Origin: Thermoplasmata archaeon
GTDB taxonomy: Archaea > Thermoplasmatota > SW-10-69-26 > JACQPN01 > JAJPHT01
Reading direction: 5' to 3'
Assembly: GCA_034667685.1 (NCBI GenBank)
Contig: JAXDQU010000071.1
Coordinates: 1 to 42,816 of the forward strand
DNA: 42,816 nt
Under the pieces are notes generated by a model. It was not told the origin of the DNA, did not search any database, and saw only the letters and a list, made by a program, of their open reading frames with translations. Below, one piece after another: positions 25,389 to 34,960 of this stretch (its first letter is position 1; every line of letters starts with the position of its first letter). The translations under genes and the position numbers were made by a program.

Positions 25389-26371
25389 CGCCGTCCCTTC
25401 CACGTCGCGCCGCGCCCCGTCGCGTGGTCGAACGCGCTCGCGGCGAGCACGACGGCGAAGAACGCGAAGCCCACGACGTGCAGCAGCGCGTGCCACGCGC
25501 GCGGGCCCTCCGCCGTCGCGCTCGCGCGCCGCACGCGCCACGCGACGACGAGCCACGCCGCGGCGGCCACCCCCGCCACGAGCCAGGCGCGCAGCGCGAG
25601 CGCCACGAGGAGCGTGGGCAGCGCGAGCAGCCCCGCGGTGAAGAGCAGCGCGGTGGCAAGGAACGCCAGGGGCGGCGTGCGCGCGGCGCCGCTCGCGACG
25701 CTCTTGCGCCAGCCCGCGAACATCTCGCGCCAGCCGCGGTACATGCGCACGCGCACGTCGCGCGAGAGGTCGAGGAACTTCGCCGGCACGCCCTGCGCCG
25801 CGGCGAGACGCGCGAGGGCCAGGTCCTCGATGACGCTCCCCTTCACGGCCGCGTGCCCGCCGAGGGCGTCGTACGTCGCGGCCTCGATCAGGATGTATTG
25901 GCCGTTGGCGACCGCGAGCGACGGGTCGTGGATGACGTCCTCGCCCTCGCCGCCCACGGCCGCGTGGATCAGGGAGAAGACCGGCGGCATGACGAGACGC
26001 TCGCCCGCCGTCTCCAATTCCTGCATCGTGAGGCCCGTGACGAGCTTGGCGTCCCCGCGCCGCGCGAGCGCGTTCGCAAGGCTGTCGGGCGCGTGCCACG
26101 TGTCCGCGTCGGTGAAGAGGAGCCACTCGCCGCGCGCGGCCTGGCGCCCGGTCCAGCACGCCCAGCACTTGCCCACCCAGCCCTCCGGGAGCGGCGGCTC
26201 GTCGAGCACGCGCACGCCCGCGGCCTCCGCGATCCCGCGCGAGCCATCGGCGCTGCCTCCGTCCACCACGAGGATCTCCACGTCGACGCCGCGCAGCGCG
26301 CGCAGGCTCGCCAGCAGTCGCGGCAGGTTGCGCGCTTCGTCCCGCTCCGGCACGATGACGCTGACGAGCAC
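25370..26371 (-). CDS. GT2 glycosyltransferase (carotenoid/hopanoid glycosyltransferase-like)
   Basis: SVIVP.RDE, VVDGGSADG, GWVGK.WAC, LFTDADT, GGH......EDLALA, WKGR. Confidence 0.88.
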   Translation of the reverse strand: MLVSVIVPERDEARNLPRLLASLRALRGVDVEILVVDGGSADGSRGIAEAAGVRVLDEPPLPEGWVGKCWACWTGRQAARGEWLLFTDADTWHAPDSLANALARRGDAKLVTGLTMQELETAGERLVMPPVFSLIHAAVGGEGEDVIHDPSLAVANGQYILIEAATYDALGGHAAVKGSVIEDLALARLAAAQGVPAKFLDLSRDVRVRMYRGWREMFAGWRKSVASGAARTPPLAFLATALLFTAGLLALPTLLVALALRAWLVAGVAAAAWLVVAWRVRRASATAEGPRAWHALLHVVGFAFFAVVLAASAFDHATGRGATWKGRRYRTGR

Positions 26372-26411
26372 GCGGGCCAAAGCTGATGACGCCTTGTGGA
26401 GCTTGCGGCGC

Positions 26412-26849
26412 GTGGACGTGCGGCGCATCGAGGCGGAGGAGACGCACGCGATCCGCCGCCAGATCCTCCGCCCGCACCAGCCGATCGACCTGATGCGTTG
26501 GGCCTACGACCAGGATCCCGACACGGTCCACTTCGGCGCGTTCGACCAAGGAAGGCTCGTCGGCGTCGGGACGCTCACGCGCGAGCCGCCGCCGGGCTCC
26601 CCCGACGCGCGCGCGTGGCGCCTCCGCGGCATGGCGACGCTGCCCGAGGTGCGCGGCCGGGGCTTCGGCGCGGCGATCGTCCGCGCGGCGCTGGCCCACG
26701 CGCGGGCGCAGGGCGCTTCGGTGCTCTGGTTCAACGCGCGCACGCCTGCCGTTCCCTTCTACGAGAAGCTCGGCTTCGCGCGGCACGGCGCCGAGTTCCA
26801 TCTGCCGGACGCCGGGCCGCACTACTTCATGGACGCATCCATCTCGTAG
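26412..26849 (+). CDS. GNAT acetyltransferase
   Basis: WRLRGMATLPEVRGRGFG, LWFNAR..AVPFYEKLGF. Confidence 0.88.
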   Translation: MDVRRIEAEETHAIRRQILRPHQPIDLMRWAYDQDPDTVHFGAFDQGRLVGVGTLTREPPPGSPDARAWRLRGMATLPEVRGRGFGAAIVRAALAHARAQGASVLWFNARTPAVPFYEKLGFARHGAEFHLPDAGPHYFMDASIS

Positions 26850-28303
26850 ACGTTCATCCCGTCGCCGGGCGAGATGCTATCGACATGCGCGAGCAGCGTC
26901 CACCCGCGGCCCTCGTCGGCGCTGCGGACGCTCATCACGAGGACCACGTGATCGTACGTGCCGTTGCGCGCGGCGGCCGCGAGCTTCTCCTCGACGTGGC
27001 CGGGCGCGAAGAAGGTCGCGTAGTCCTCGCTCGTCCAGCGCACGTAGCTGCCCATCTCGCCCGTCTGGAGGAAGAGCGCGCGAGGCACGTCCTTGCCCAA
27101 CGGCGCGAGGATCGGCGCGGCGATGAAGTCGGGGTAGACGCCCACGAGCGTGCGCGGGCCGACGTACCCCTTCGACTCCAGCAGCGCTGCGACGGCCGGC
27201 CCGCCGCTGAAGGGCGCGGTCGCATCGCCCGCGATCGCGACGGCCGCGCCCGCCACTTGGACGACGAGCGCGAGGGCGAGGACCGCGGCCCCGGCGCGCC
27301 GGAGCCAGGGGCGCGGCGCTGGCGCCTCGACGCGCGCGATCCACAGGCAGCAGAGCCACGTCACGAAGAGGATGCCGTGGTGGCGCATCTGGCCCGCCGT
27401 GCCCGATCGCGCGTAGTAGAGCGCGCCCAGCGCGAGCGAGGCGAGGATCCAGAGCCCGAGCGCCCGGCCCGAGCGCGCGAGCGGCACGCACGCGACGAGC
27501 CAGACGAGCGCCGCGAGCGCGACGAGGCCGGGGCCGCCCAGCGCCTTGTCGTACCAGGCCTCGTTCCACGCCCACGCGCCCGGCGTGCCCAGCGGAAGGA
27601 AGGCGTGCGAGACGGCGCGCCCGAGGTCGACGAGACTGTCTGCGCGGAACGTGGTGACGGTCGCGTTGCGCCAGGGGGCGACGTCGGGCGCGGGCCGCAT
27701 CTGCCAGTACGCGAGCGCGCCGCCCGCCGCCGCGGGGAGCCAGAGCGCCGCGAGCCGCCGGGGCGCGCGCTCCATCAGCGCCTCCAGGCCGCAACCGGCG
27801 GCGAACGCGGCGGCGACCAGCGCGCCCAGGCCGGTCGTGTTGGCGAGCAGCAGGAGCAGCGCGCCGTGGGCCCACGGATGCTCGCGGCGGCGCGCGTGGT
27901 GCGCCGCCAGCGCGACGAGCGCGAGGATGGTCAGCACGTAGCCGCGCGCGATGGCGAGGTACTCGTAGGCGAAAAGATAGCTTCCCGCCAGGAGCCACTG
28001 CTCCAGCTTGGAGAAGGGCGACCACAGGACGATGGCCGCCAGCGCGCAGGAGCCGAGGGCGACGTGCAGCACGCGCTCGGCGACGAAGGGCAGGCCGAGC
28101 TTCACGAGCGGCCAGAGCAGCAGGTACCAGAGCGCGGGCGAGCCCTCCGAGTCCATCTCGTGGAAGAGGTCGGGCGCGTCGCGCACCAGCAGCCACGGCT
28201 GCGCCTCGTCGCGCCACGGCTCGTGGAACATGAGGTAGGCGAGGCCCAGCAGGACGAACGCGGGCAGGGGCGAGAGCAGCAGCTTCCTGACGATCTCGCG
28301 CAC
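26822..28303 (-). CDS. Polytopic membrane protein, GT-C glycosyltransferase-like
   Basis: HEPWRDEAQPW, EGSPALWY, YEY..IARGY; many TM helices. Confidence 0.7.
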   Translation of the reverse strand: MREIVRKLLLSPLPAFVLLGLAYLMFHEPWRDEAQPWLLVRDAPDLFHEMDSEGSPALWYLLLWPLVKLGLPFVAERVLHVALGSCALAAIVLWSPFSKLEQWLLAGSYLFAYEYLAIARGYVLTILALVALAAHHARRREHPWAHGALLLLLANTTGLGALVAAAFAAGCGLEALMERAPRRLAALWLPAAAGGALAYWQMRPAPDVAPWRNATVTTFRADSLVDLGRAVSHAFLPLGTPGAWAWNEAWYDKALGGPGLVALAALVWLVACVPLARSGRALGLWILASLALGALYYARSGTAGQMRHHGILFVTWLCCLWIARVEAPAPRPWLRRAGAAVLALALVVQVAGAAVAIAGDATAPFSGGPAVAALLESKGYVGPRTLVGVYPDFIAAPILAPLGKDVPRALFLQTGEMGSYVRWTSEDYATFFAPGHVEEKLAAAARNGTYDHVVLVMSVRSADEGRGWTLLAHVDSISPGDGMNVYEMDASMK

Positions 28304-28344
28304 GAGCCCTGCACCCCCGACATCTGCTTGGCTCTTGCTCTCCG

Positions 28345-28417
28345 CTCCAGCCACAGAGGGACACAGAGGCGGTTTTCTCGCCGTCCTCTGTGACCTCTGT
28401 GTCCTCCGTGGCTGGAG
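28345..28417. repeat. REP-like long palindrome (copy 2)
   Basis: Right arm CCTCTGTGACCTCTGTGTCCTCCGTGGCTGGAG identical to copy 1; left arm degenerate. Confidence 0.88.
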
Positions 28418-28474
28418 AAGAAAGCGGCCAAGGCGAGACAACCTTTATCGGCAGCCCAAGGCTCGGCGACCCCG

Positions 28475-30295
28475 ATGGCAGAGCCGCGCGCGCTCGTGGG
28501 CGCCGACCAGGTGAGCTTCGCGTTCGGGGGCCACCACATCTTCACGGGCGCGTCGTGGATGGTCCGCGAGGGCGAGCGCGTGGCGCTCGTGGGGCCCAAC
28601 GGCGCAGGCAAGACGACGTTCATCAAGCTGCTCCTGGGCAAGCTCAAGCCGGACCTGGGCGAGGTGGCGCTGGAGCCGGGCCTGCGCTACGGCTACATGA
28701 CGCAGACGTTCGACTTCCCGCCGGACGCCACCGTGGGCGCGCTGCTCACCGAGCTTCCGCCCCAGGCGCTCGCCATCCAGGAGGAGATGGGCGCGATCGA
28801 AACGCGCATGGCCGACCCCTCCTTCTACGAGGAGAGCGGCTACGAGGAGGTGCTCACGCACTACGGCGAGCTCCAGCGCGAGTTCCAGGTGCTCTCGTCC
28901 AAGGGAGATGCCGCCGCCGCGCTCTCGTTCCTCCAGGAGCTCGGCCTTCCTGATATCACGCTGGAGACGAAGATGCGCACGCTCTCCGGCGGCCAGAAGA
29001 CGCGCGTGCTGCTCGCCAAGGCGCTCGCCAACTGGAAGGACATGGACCTCCTGATCCTCGACGAGCCCACGAACCACCTCGACATCGAGACGGTGGAGTG
29101 GCTGGAGGACTTCCTCGTCAACAAGTACGGCAACGCGCTGCTCCTCGTGGCGCACGACCAGTACCTCATGGACAACCTCGCGACGAGGGTCCTGGAGATC
29201 GACGAGCGCAAGGTCTGGGAGTGGGAAGGCAACTACACGGCCTACCTGGAGCAGAAGGCCGCCGTCCAGGCCGCGCTCGAAGCGCGCCGCCGCCGCGAGA
29301 TGGAGGAATACAAGCGCCAGCTCCAGATCATCGAGGAGATCAAGCGGCGCAACCGCTTCGACCACCAGGCCGCGAGCAAGGCGACCCGGCTGGAGAAGTT
29401 CCAGAAGACGATGGCGGGCGGGGCGGCGAGCGGACAGCGCACGGCCTTCCGGCTCAACCTCAAGAGCGTGCAGAAGAGCAGCAACGACGTGCTCTACGCC
29501 GAGGGATTGGGCAAGCGCTTCGGCGACAACGTCCTTCTCGAAGACGCGGCCTTTACCTTCGTCAAGGGCGACAAGGTCGGGCTCATCGGGCCCAACGGCG
29601 CCGGCAAGACGACGCTCCTGCGCATGATCATGGGCCTGGAGAAGCCCTCGCGCGGCGTGCTGGAGGTGAGCCCCGGCGTCAAGATCGGGTTCTTCGACCA
29701 GGAGCACGCGGGCCTGCAGCCGGGCCGCAGCCTCATCGACGAGGTGCGCGCCACGAAGCGCATGGGCGAGGAGGAGGCGCGCGGCCTGCTGGGGCGCTTC
29801 CTGTTCAAGGGCGATGAGGCGTTCAAGACCGTCGAAAAGCTATCGGGCGGCGAGAAGGCCCGCATGGCCATGCTCAAGTTCACCATCGGCGAGACGAACA
29901 TGCTCGTGCTCGACGAGCCCACGAACCACCTCGACCTCGCCAGCCAGAAGGTCGTCGAGGAGGCGATCAAGAAGTACGACGGGACGGTCCTCGTCGTCTC
30001 GCACGACCGCCACTTCCTCGACGCGGTGGTCAACAAGATCGCCGTCGTCGCGAACCGCAAGGTCGGCATCTTCCCCGGCAACTTCTCCCAGACGCGCACG
30101 CTCACCAAGCTCAACGAGTTCATGGGCGCCAGCGAGGCGAAGGAGTTCGTCGTGCGCAAGGCGTTCCACGACTACGACCAGGACAAGCACTACTCCACCG
30201 GCGAGAAGGTGCTCGTGACGGGCGGCGAGACGCAGACGACGAAGCGGCTGTTCCGGCTGGCGATCGAGCGCGGGTGGATGGAGCCGCGCGACTGA
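28475..30295 (+). CDS. ABC-F family ribosome-associated ATPase
   Basis: Two NBDs (GPNGAGKTT, LSGG, LDEPTNHLD twice), GNYT linker, no TM segments. Confidence 0.93.
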   Translation: MAEPRALVGADQVSFAFGGHHIFTGASWMVREGERVALVGPNGAGKTTFIKLLLGKLKPDLGEVALEPGLRYGYMTQTFDFPPDATVGALLTELPPQALAIQEEMGAIETRMADPSFYEESGYEEVLTHYGELQREFQVLSSKGDAAAALSFLQELGLPDITLETKMRTLSGGQKTRVLLAKALANWKDMDLLILDEPTNHLDIETVEWLEDFLVNKYGNALLLVAHDQYLMDNLATRVLEIDERKVWEWEGNYTAYLEQKAAVQAALEARRRREMEEYKRQLQIIEEIKRRNRFDHQAASKATRLEKFQKTMAGGAASGQRTAFRLNLKSVQKSSNDVLYAEGLGKRFGDNVLLEDAAFTFVKGDKVGLIGPNGAGKTTLLRMIMGLEKPSRGVLEVSPGVKIGFFDQEHAGLQPGRSLIDEVRATKRMGEEEARGLLGRFLFKGDEAFKTVEKLSGGEKARMAMLKFTIGETNMLVLDEPTNHLDLASQKVVEEAIKKYDGTVLVVSHDRHFLDAVVNKIAVVANRKVGIFPGNFSQTRTLTKLNEFMGASEAKEFVVRKAFHDYDQDKHYSTGEKVLVTGGETQTTKRLFRLAIERGWMEPRD

Positions 30296-30301
30296 AGACG
30301 A

Positions 30302-30392
30302 AGGGAAGCGAGGGAAGAGGGGAACCCGGGAAGACGGGAAGAAGGGTCCCTTCTTCCCCAGTTCCCGTCTTCGCTTCTTCCCTCACTTCCCT
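30302..30392. repeat. Purine/pyrimidine-asymmetric palindrome between convergent genes
   Basis: AGGGAAGCGAGGGAAGA ... TCTTCCCTCACTTCCCT; inner GGGAAGAAGGG-T-CCCTTCTTCCC. Confidence 0.75.
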
Positions 30393-31107
30393 ACGCGTGC
30401 TTCCTCGGACGCCCCTTCCCCCGCATCGAACCCTTCGCCAGCGCCGGATGCGTCGTCACCGCCCCGGCGAAGTGCCGCAGGGCGCGCTGCTCGGCCTTGC
30501 GCAGGTGCTCCTCGAAGGTGGTGCGCGCGATGCCCGTGCGCGCCGCGAGGTCCTCGGTCGTGACGCGGCGGGGCGAGTCGTAGTAGCCCGACGCGATGGC
30601 GAGCTGGAGCGCCGCGAGCTGCTTCTCGGTGAGGTCGCTCAGGAAGCCCGCGAGCGGGATCGTGACCGAGAGCGCGCCGGCGCTGACCTCGTGCGCGTGC
30701 TCGACCTCGACCGGGCCCAGCGGCGCCAGCGCGGCGAGGAGCGCTTGCAGCGCGGCGCGGTCCTTGACCAGCACGGTGTAGCGCTCGATGCCCTCCTGCC
30801 ACGTGGCGGGCCAGAGGATCGTGGCGCCGGCGCGCGCGATGGTGGAGACGACGCCCCACTCGGGGTTGCGGCCGCGCACGACGAGCGAGGTCGGGCCGCG
30901 GTGGAGGATCTCGGGCGGATGGTCCTGCGTCTCGACGAGCTTGGCGTAGAAGCGATCCACGGCGCGCTCGTCGCGGCCGCTCATGACGATGATGTCGGCG
31001 TCGCGGTCGGAGCTGACCTGCGTGGCGCTGGCGCCGTCCACGAGCGACTCGGCGACGACGCAGCCGACGTGCCGGATGGCGAGCTTGGCCTCGATGAGCT
31101 TCAGCAT
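30391..31107 (-). CDS. Bat-type (HTH_10) transcriptional regulator
   Basis: LTEKQLAALQLAIASGYYDSPRRVTTEDLA...GIARTTFEEHLRKAE; internal ATG at 31107. Confidence 0.85.
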   Translation of the reverse strand: MLKLIEAKLAIRHVGCVVAESLVDGASATQVSSDRDADIIVMSGRDERAVDRFYAKLVETQDHPPEILHRGPTSLVVRGRNPEWGVVSTIARAGATILWPATWQEGIERYTVLVKDRAALQALLAALAPLGPVEVEHAHEVSAGALSVTIPLAGFLSDLTEKQLAALQLAIASGYYDSPRRVTTEDLAARTGIARTTFEEHLRKAEQRALRHFAGAVTTHPALAKGSMRGKGRPRKHA

Positions 31108-32235
31108 CGGTCTCACGCGCGCGCCCGCGGGCCAGTCGGAGGCGGCGGCATCCGTCTTGAAGGCGATGGCCTTGACGTGGAAGTCCATCTGCCAGGAGAC
31201 GCAGTCCCAGAAGAGGCAGTAGAGGGGCGCGCCGCCGGCGTCCTCGACGTGGTAGGGCCAGAGGCGCCAGTCGCTCGCGTTCGCGTACACGCTGTCGCCC
31301 TGGTCGGGCCCGACGTCGATCTTGAACAGGGCCGACGCGCCCTCCTGCTTGAGGAGCTTGGCGTCGGGCCACGCGAGGGGCGCGTCGGGCGCGCGGTACG
31401 CCAGGCCGACCGCGTTCGGGTCGGAGAGCGGGTTCTGCGACGCGATCTTTTTGATATCGACTTTGACGAGGATGCTCTTCGTTCCCGGCGGCACGGGGTG
31501 CGCGAGCGGGAAGCCGAAGTCGCGCTCCGCCATCGAGCCGCTTCCGTCCGTCGGCCCCAGGGAGCTGATGCTGCCGTCCTGGTCCGCGAGCACGAGCGAG
31601 GTCGCGTTGCCGTAGAGGTCGGGGTGCGGCGGCATGACGACGGGGGAGCGCGTCTTGACGACCGAGACGCTCGCGTGGAGCGTGCCCACCGCCGCGCCCG
31701 CGCCGCCGGGACCCGTCGCCTCCACGAGGAACGCCCACTGGCTGGCGCCCGCGTGCGGCGGGTCCGTCATGAGCGGCGTGACGTCGATCGAGACGGGCGT
31801 GCCGCTCGCGAGCGCGACGAGGTCCGAGTAGCGCTGCTGGCCGAACGCGCGGTAACGCAGCGTCAGGCCCGTGATCGTCGGGTCGCTCCAGCGCGGCGTG
31901 AACTCGAGCTTGCCGGTCCCCTCGTAGACCGTCACGCCCTTGGGGAGCCGGATCACGATGCCGCCCACCGCGGGTCGGTTCTCGACGGCGAAGGTCAGCG
32001 TGTCGTGCGAGACGTTGTCGGCGCTCAGGGGAAAGTCGGCGTCGAGCAGCGTGACGCGCTCCTTGCCCTGCCAGTAGTCGTGCGCGTGCGCGACGGAGCC
32101 GGGCTCGATGGCCTGCGAGGGCGAGGAGGAGGGCGCGGGCGAGGAGGGCGATGGCGGAGGCGCGGCCGAAGGCGCTTGCGCGAGGCATCCCGCGAGGAGC
32201 AGAAGCGCGACGACGATCACGAGCGGGAGCCGCAT
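31108..32235 (-). CDS. Lipoprotein region, in frame with the downstream HTH_10 gene (no stop codon)
   Basis: MRLPLVIVVALLLLAG|C lipobox, Pro/Ser linker, beta-rich body. Confidence 0.7.
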
Positions 32236-32319
32236 GCGCGCGAATGTCTGGCGCCGTGAGATAGGGTTTGTTGCGAGGTCCTCGCACGTTCGCGCGATGT
32301 GCCGTCGGGCGACGGCGAT

Positions 32320-32784
32320 TCAGCGCTCGTACCAGCGCTGCGCGGTCGCGTTGCGCTCCTCCATCGCGGCCCGGTCCTCGTAGAAGGGCAGCATCACGCT
32401 GAGCTTGTACGCCAGGTCGCGCACGCCTTCGAGGTCGCCCACGTCGCGCGTGTGGTGCATCAGCGTCGCCAGGCGCTCCAGGTCCGCAAAGAACGGCTCG
32501 TTGCGCGCCAGGTCGGGCCACTGGTGGAGCGCCATCTCCAGCTCGAAGAGGAGCGCCTTGGCGCCCACGAGGTAGCCTGTCACCGCGTCCACGTTGTTGA
32601 TGTCAAGCTCGCGCTTGAGCATGCGCAGGCGCTCCACGTCGCGGTCGAGCACGGTGAGCTGCGCGGCCCGGCGCGGGATGAACGTGCCGTGGGGCAGCGG
32701 CAGGTTCAGCACGTTCGTGAGCGAGATGAGCACGTGGTACGCGACGATGTTGGCGAACATCACGGGCCGGGGCGGCGTGGCCAT
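32320..32784 (-). CDS. Hypothetical helical protein
   Basis: Clean ORF 6 bp downstream of the hydrolase; no recognised motif. Confidence 0.6.
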   Translation of the reverse strand: MATPPRPVMFANIVAYHVLISLTNVLNLPLPHGTFIPRRAAQLTVLDRDVERLRMLKRELDINNVDAVTGYLVGAKALLFELEMALHQWPDLARNEPFFADLERLATLMHHTRDVGDLEGVRDLAYKLSVMLPFYEDRAAMEERNATAQRWYER

Positions 32785-32790
32785 GCTGGC

Positions 32791-33792
32791 CTACACCTGC
32801 TTCCCCGCGGTGTAGTCCACGACGTGCTCGGCGACGGGCTGGCCCGCGTCGGGCTCGTTGCCGCGCAGGAGCTGATCGACGATCGCGTAGGCGGGGCCGC
32901 TGCCGCGCCCATCGTGCGCCGCGGGGCCGGGCAGATAGTCGCACACCGTCGTCACGGGCGTGGGCTCGCAGACGGTGGGCGGGAGGCACTGGCCCACCGT
33001 GCCGTTGCAGTACGGCACGCCGAGGAAGCCGGTGCCGGGCTCCCAGGGGCCCTGCACGCCGCCCCAGCCGGTCGTGACCGTGTAGAAGCTCGCGGGGACG
33101 CCGTGCGCGACGAGGCCGGCGAACGTCTCCTGGCTCTCGCTGTACGGGACGATCGGATCGCCCACGCCGTGCACGAGGTACGCGCGGTGGAGGCCGACCA
33201 TGCCGTCCGTGTGCAGCGCGGGCGAGCGGTCGAGGTACGCCTGCGGCGCGGTGGCCGGCGTGCCGCCCGTCTCCTGGATCATCCAACTGTTCGCGCAGCC
33301 GCACGGGTAGGTGCCCAGCGTGGCGAACTCGGTGACGAGGTCCGTGACGCCGAACGTGTCGACCCAGTAGTCGTAGAGGTCGGGGCGCTCCGCGACCGCC
33401 ATGCCGGTCGTCTCGCCGCCCATGCTGATGCCCCAGATGACGGTGCGCGTGATCGAGGGGAAGCGCGCCTTGAGGTCCAGCGTCGCGGCGATCAGGTCCT
33501 GGTGCCCCTTCATGACGTCCCAGCCGCCGGCGCCGCGGTACTTCATCGCGACCGCGACGACGCCATACGCCGAGGCGTAGGCCTCGACGAACGCGCTCTG
33601 GTTGGGCTGGCCGCAGCAGCCGTGCCCGAACACGAGGAGCGTGGTCGGGCTGCCGCCGGCGGGATAGGCGAGATCGCCCTCCGCGGCCTCGCCGCTGACG
33701 TTGACGTGGTAGAGCTCGTAGGTGACGCCGCTGCTGGCAGGCGCGACGGGCACGAGCGCGAGGACGACGGCGAGAAGGACGAGCAGCCTCAT
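32791..33792 (-). CDS. Secreted alpha/beta hydrolase (S9-like)
   Basis: Signal peptide; GHG, WGISMGG nucleophile elbow, LVHGVGDPIVP. Confidence 0.85.
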   Translation of the reverse strand: MRLLVLLAVVLALVPVAPASSGVTYELYHVNVSGEAAEGDLAYPAGGSPTTLLVFGHGCCGQPNQSAFVEAYASAYGVVAVAMKYRGAGGWDVMKGHQDLIAATLDLKARFPSITRTVIWGISMGGETTGMAVAERPDLYDYWVDTFGVTDLVTEFATLGTYPCGCANSWMIQETGGTPATAPQAYLDRSPALHTDGMVGLHRAYLVHGVGDPIVPYSESQETFAGLVAHGVPASFYTVTTGWGGVQGPWEPGTGFLGVPYCNGTVGQCLPPTVCEPTPVTTVCDYLPGPAAHDGRGSGPAYAIVDQLLRGNEPDAGQPVAEHVVDYTAGKQV

Positions 33793-33825
33793 GGGTTCCC
33801 CGCGTCCGCAAGCTCGCAGGGGCGC

Positions 33826-34908
33826 TTAGGCGTTCCGCGCCCTGCGCAGCGCCAGGATGGCCGCCCCGCTGAAGAGCAGGCCGAAGCCCACGAGCACGGT
33901 GGCGTGGAGCCAGACGTGCTCCAGCCCCCAGCCGCGCAGCATCACGTCGCGCAGCCCCTGGATCGCCCACGTGGGAGGCAGCAGGTACGAGAGCGGCGAG
34001 AGCCACGCGGGAAGGCTCTCGACCGGCACGAAGATGCCCGATAGCAAAAAGACGGGCAGGATGATGAACGGGATCATCTGCACGGCCTGCCCCTCGCGCT
34101 GCGCGGCGGCGCTGATGAGGATGCCGATGGCCTGCGCGTCGATGGCCGTCAGGCTCACGAGCAGCAGCGCGACGGCGATCGGGCCGACGATCAGCACGTG
34201 GTAGAGCAGCAACGCAGTCGTCAGGAGGAGCGTGGCCTGCACCGCCGCCACGAGGCCGAAGGCCAGCTCGTAGCCCAGGACGATCTCGGCCTCGGTGACG
34301 GGCGTCGCGCGCAGCCGGTCGAGCGTGCCGTTGACGCGCTCACCCACGAACGCCAGGAGCGTGAGCAGCGTCGTGAAGAGCGTGACGGCGAAGGCCATGA
34401 TGCCGGGCACGAAGCCATCGATGAAGCGTGCGTCCTTCGCGGCCGGGTACGCGTAGGCCGGATCGAACGCCACGGGCGCGGACACGCCGCGCTCCCTGGC
34501 GACCTTCTGGAGCGAATCGGCGAGGCTCTGGAGCACGGCGGCCGAAAGCTGGCTCTGCGTCGTGTCGAGGAACACTTCCGCATGGCCGCCCTGCGAGAAG
34601 CTGGCCGGGAAGATCAGCGCCGCGGTCGCGTGGCCGTCGCGCACCGCCTGGCGCGCGACCTCGTCGTCGGTGCCGTTCTCCAGGCGCAGCTTGCCCGCGT
34701 CGAGGTGGCCCACGATGGCGTCCGCGAAGCCGCTCCCGTCGTGGTTGACCACGATCGTGCGCACGTCGTGCGTCTGGCTGCCGAACGCGAAGCCGAAGAT
34801 GAGCATCGCCATGATGGGCGCCAGCATCATCAGCGCGACGGTGCGCGGGTCGTGCCGCAGGGCGTGCAGCGTCTTCCTCGTCACCGCGAGGACGCGGCCG
34901 GGCCTCAA
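33826..34908 (-). CDS. ABC-2 type permease
   Basis: LRHDPRT, ER.NGTLDRLRATP, LLSGIFVP...LP.WL. Confidence 0.9.
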   Translation of the reverse strand: MRPGRVLAVTRKTLHALRHDPRTVALMMLAPIMAMLIFGFAFGSQTHDVRTIVVNHDGSGFADAIVGHLDAGKLRLENGTDDEVARQAVRDGHATAALIFPASFSQGGHAEVFLDTTQSQLSAAVLQSLADSLQKVARERGVSAPVAFDPAYAYPAAKDARFIDGFVPGIMAFAVTLFTTLLTLLAFVGERVNGTLDRLRATPVTEAEIVLGYELAFGLVAAVQATLLLTTALLLYHVLIVGPIAVALLLVSLTAIDAQAIGILISAAAQREGQAVQMIPFIILPVFLLSGIFVPVESLPAWLSPLSYLLPPTWAIQGLRDVMLRGWGLEHVWLHATVLVGFGLLFSGAAILALRRARNA

Positions 34909-34960
34909 CGAATCGCCTCCGGCGCTTCGTCGGGCTCCTCGGCCATTCGGCCTGCGGCCT

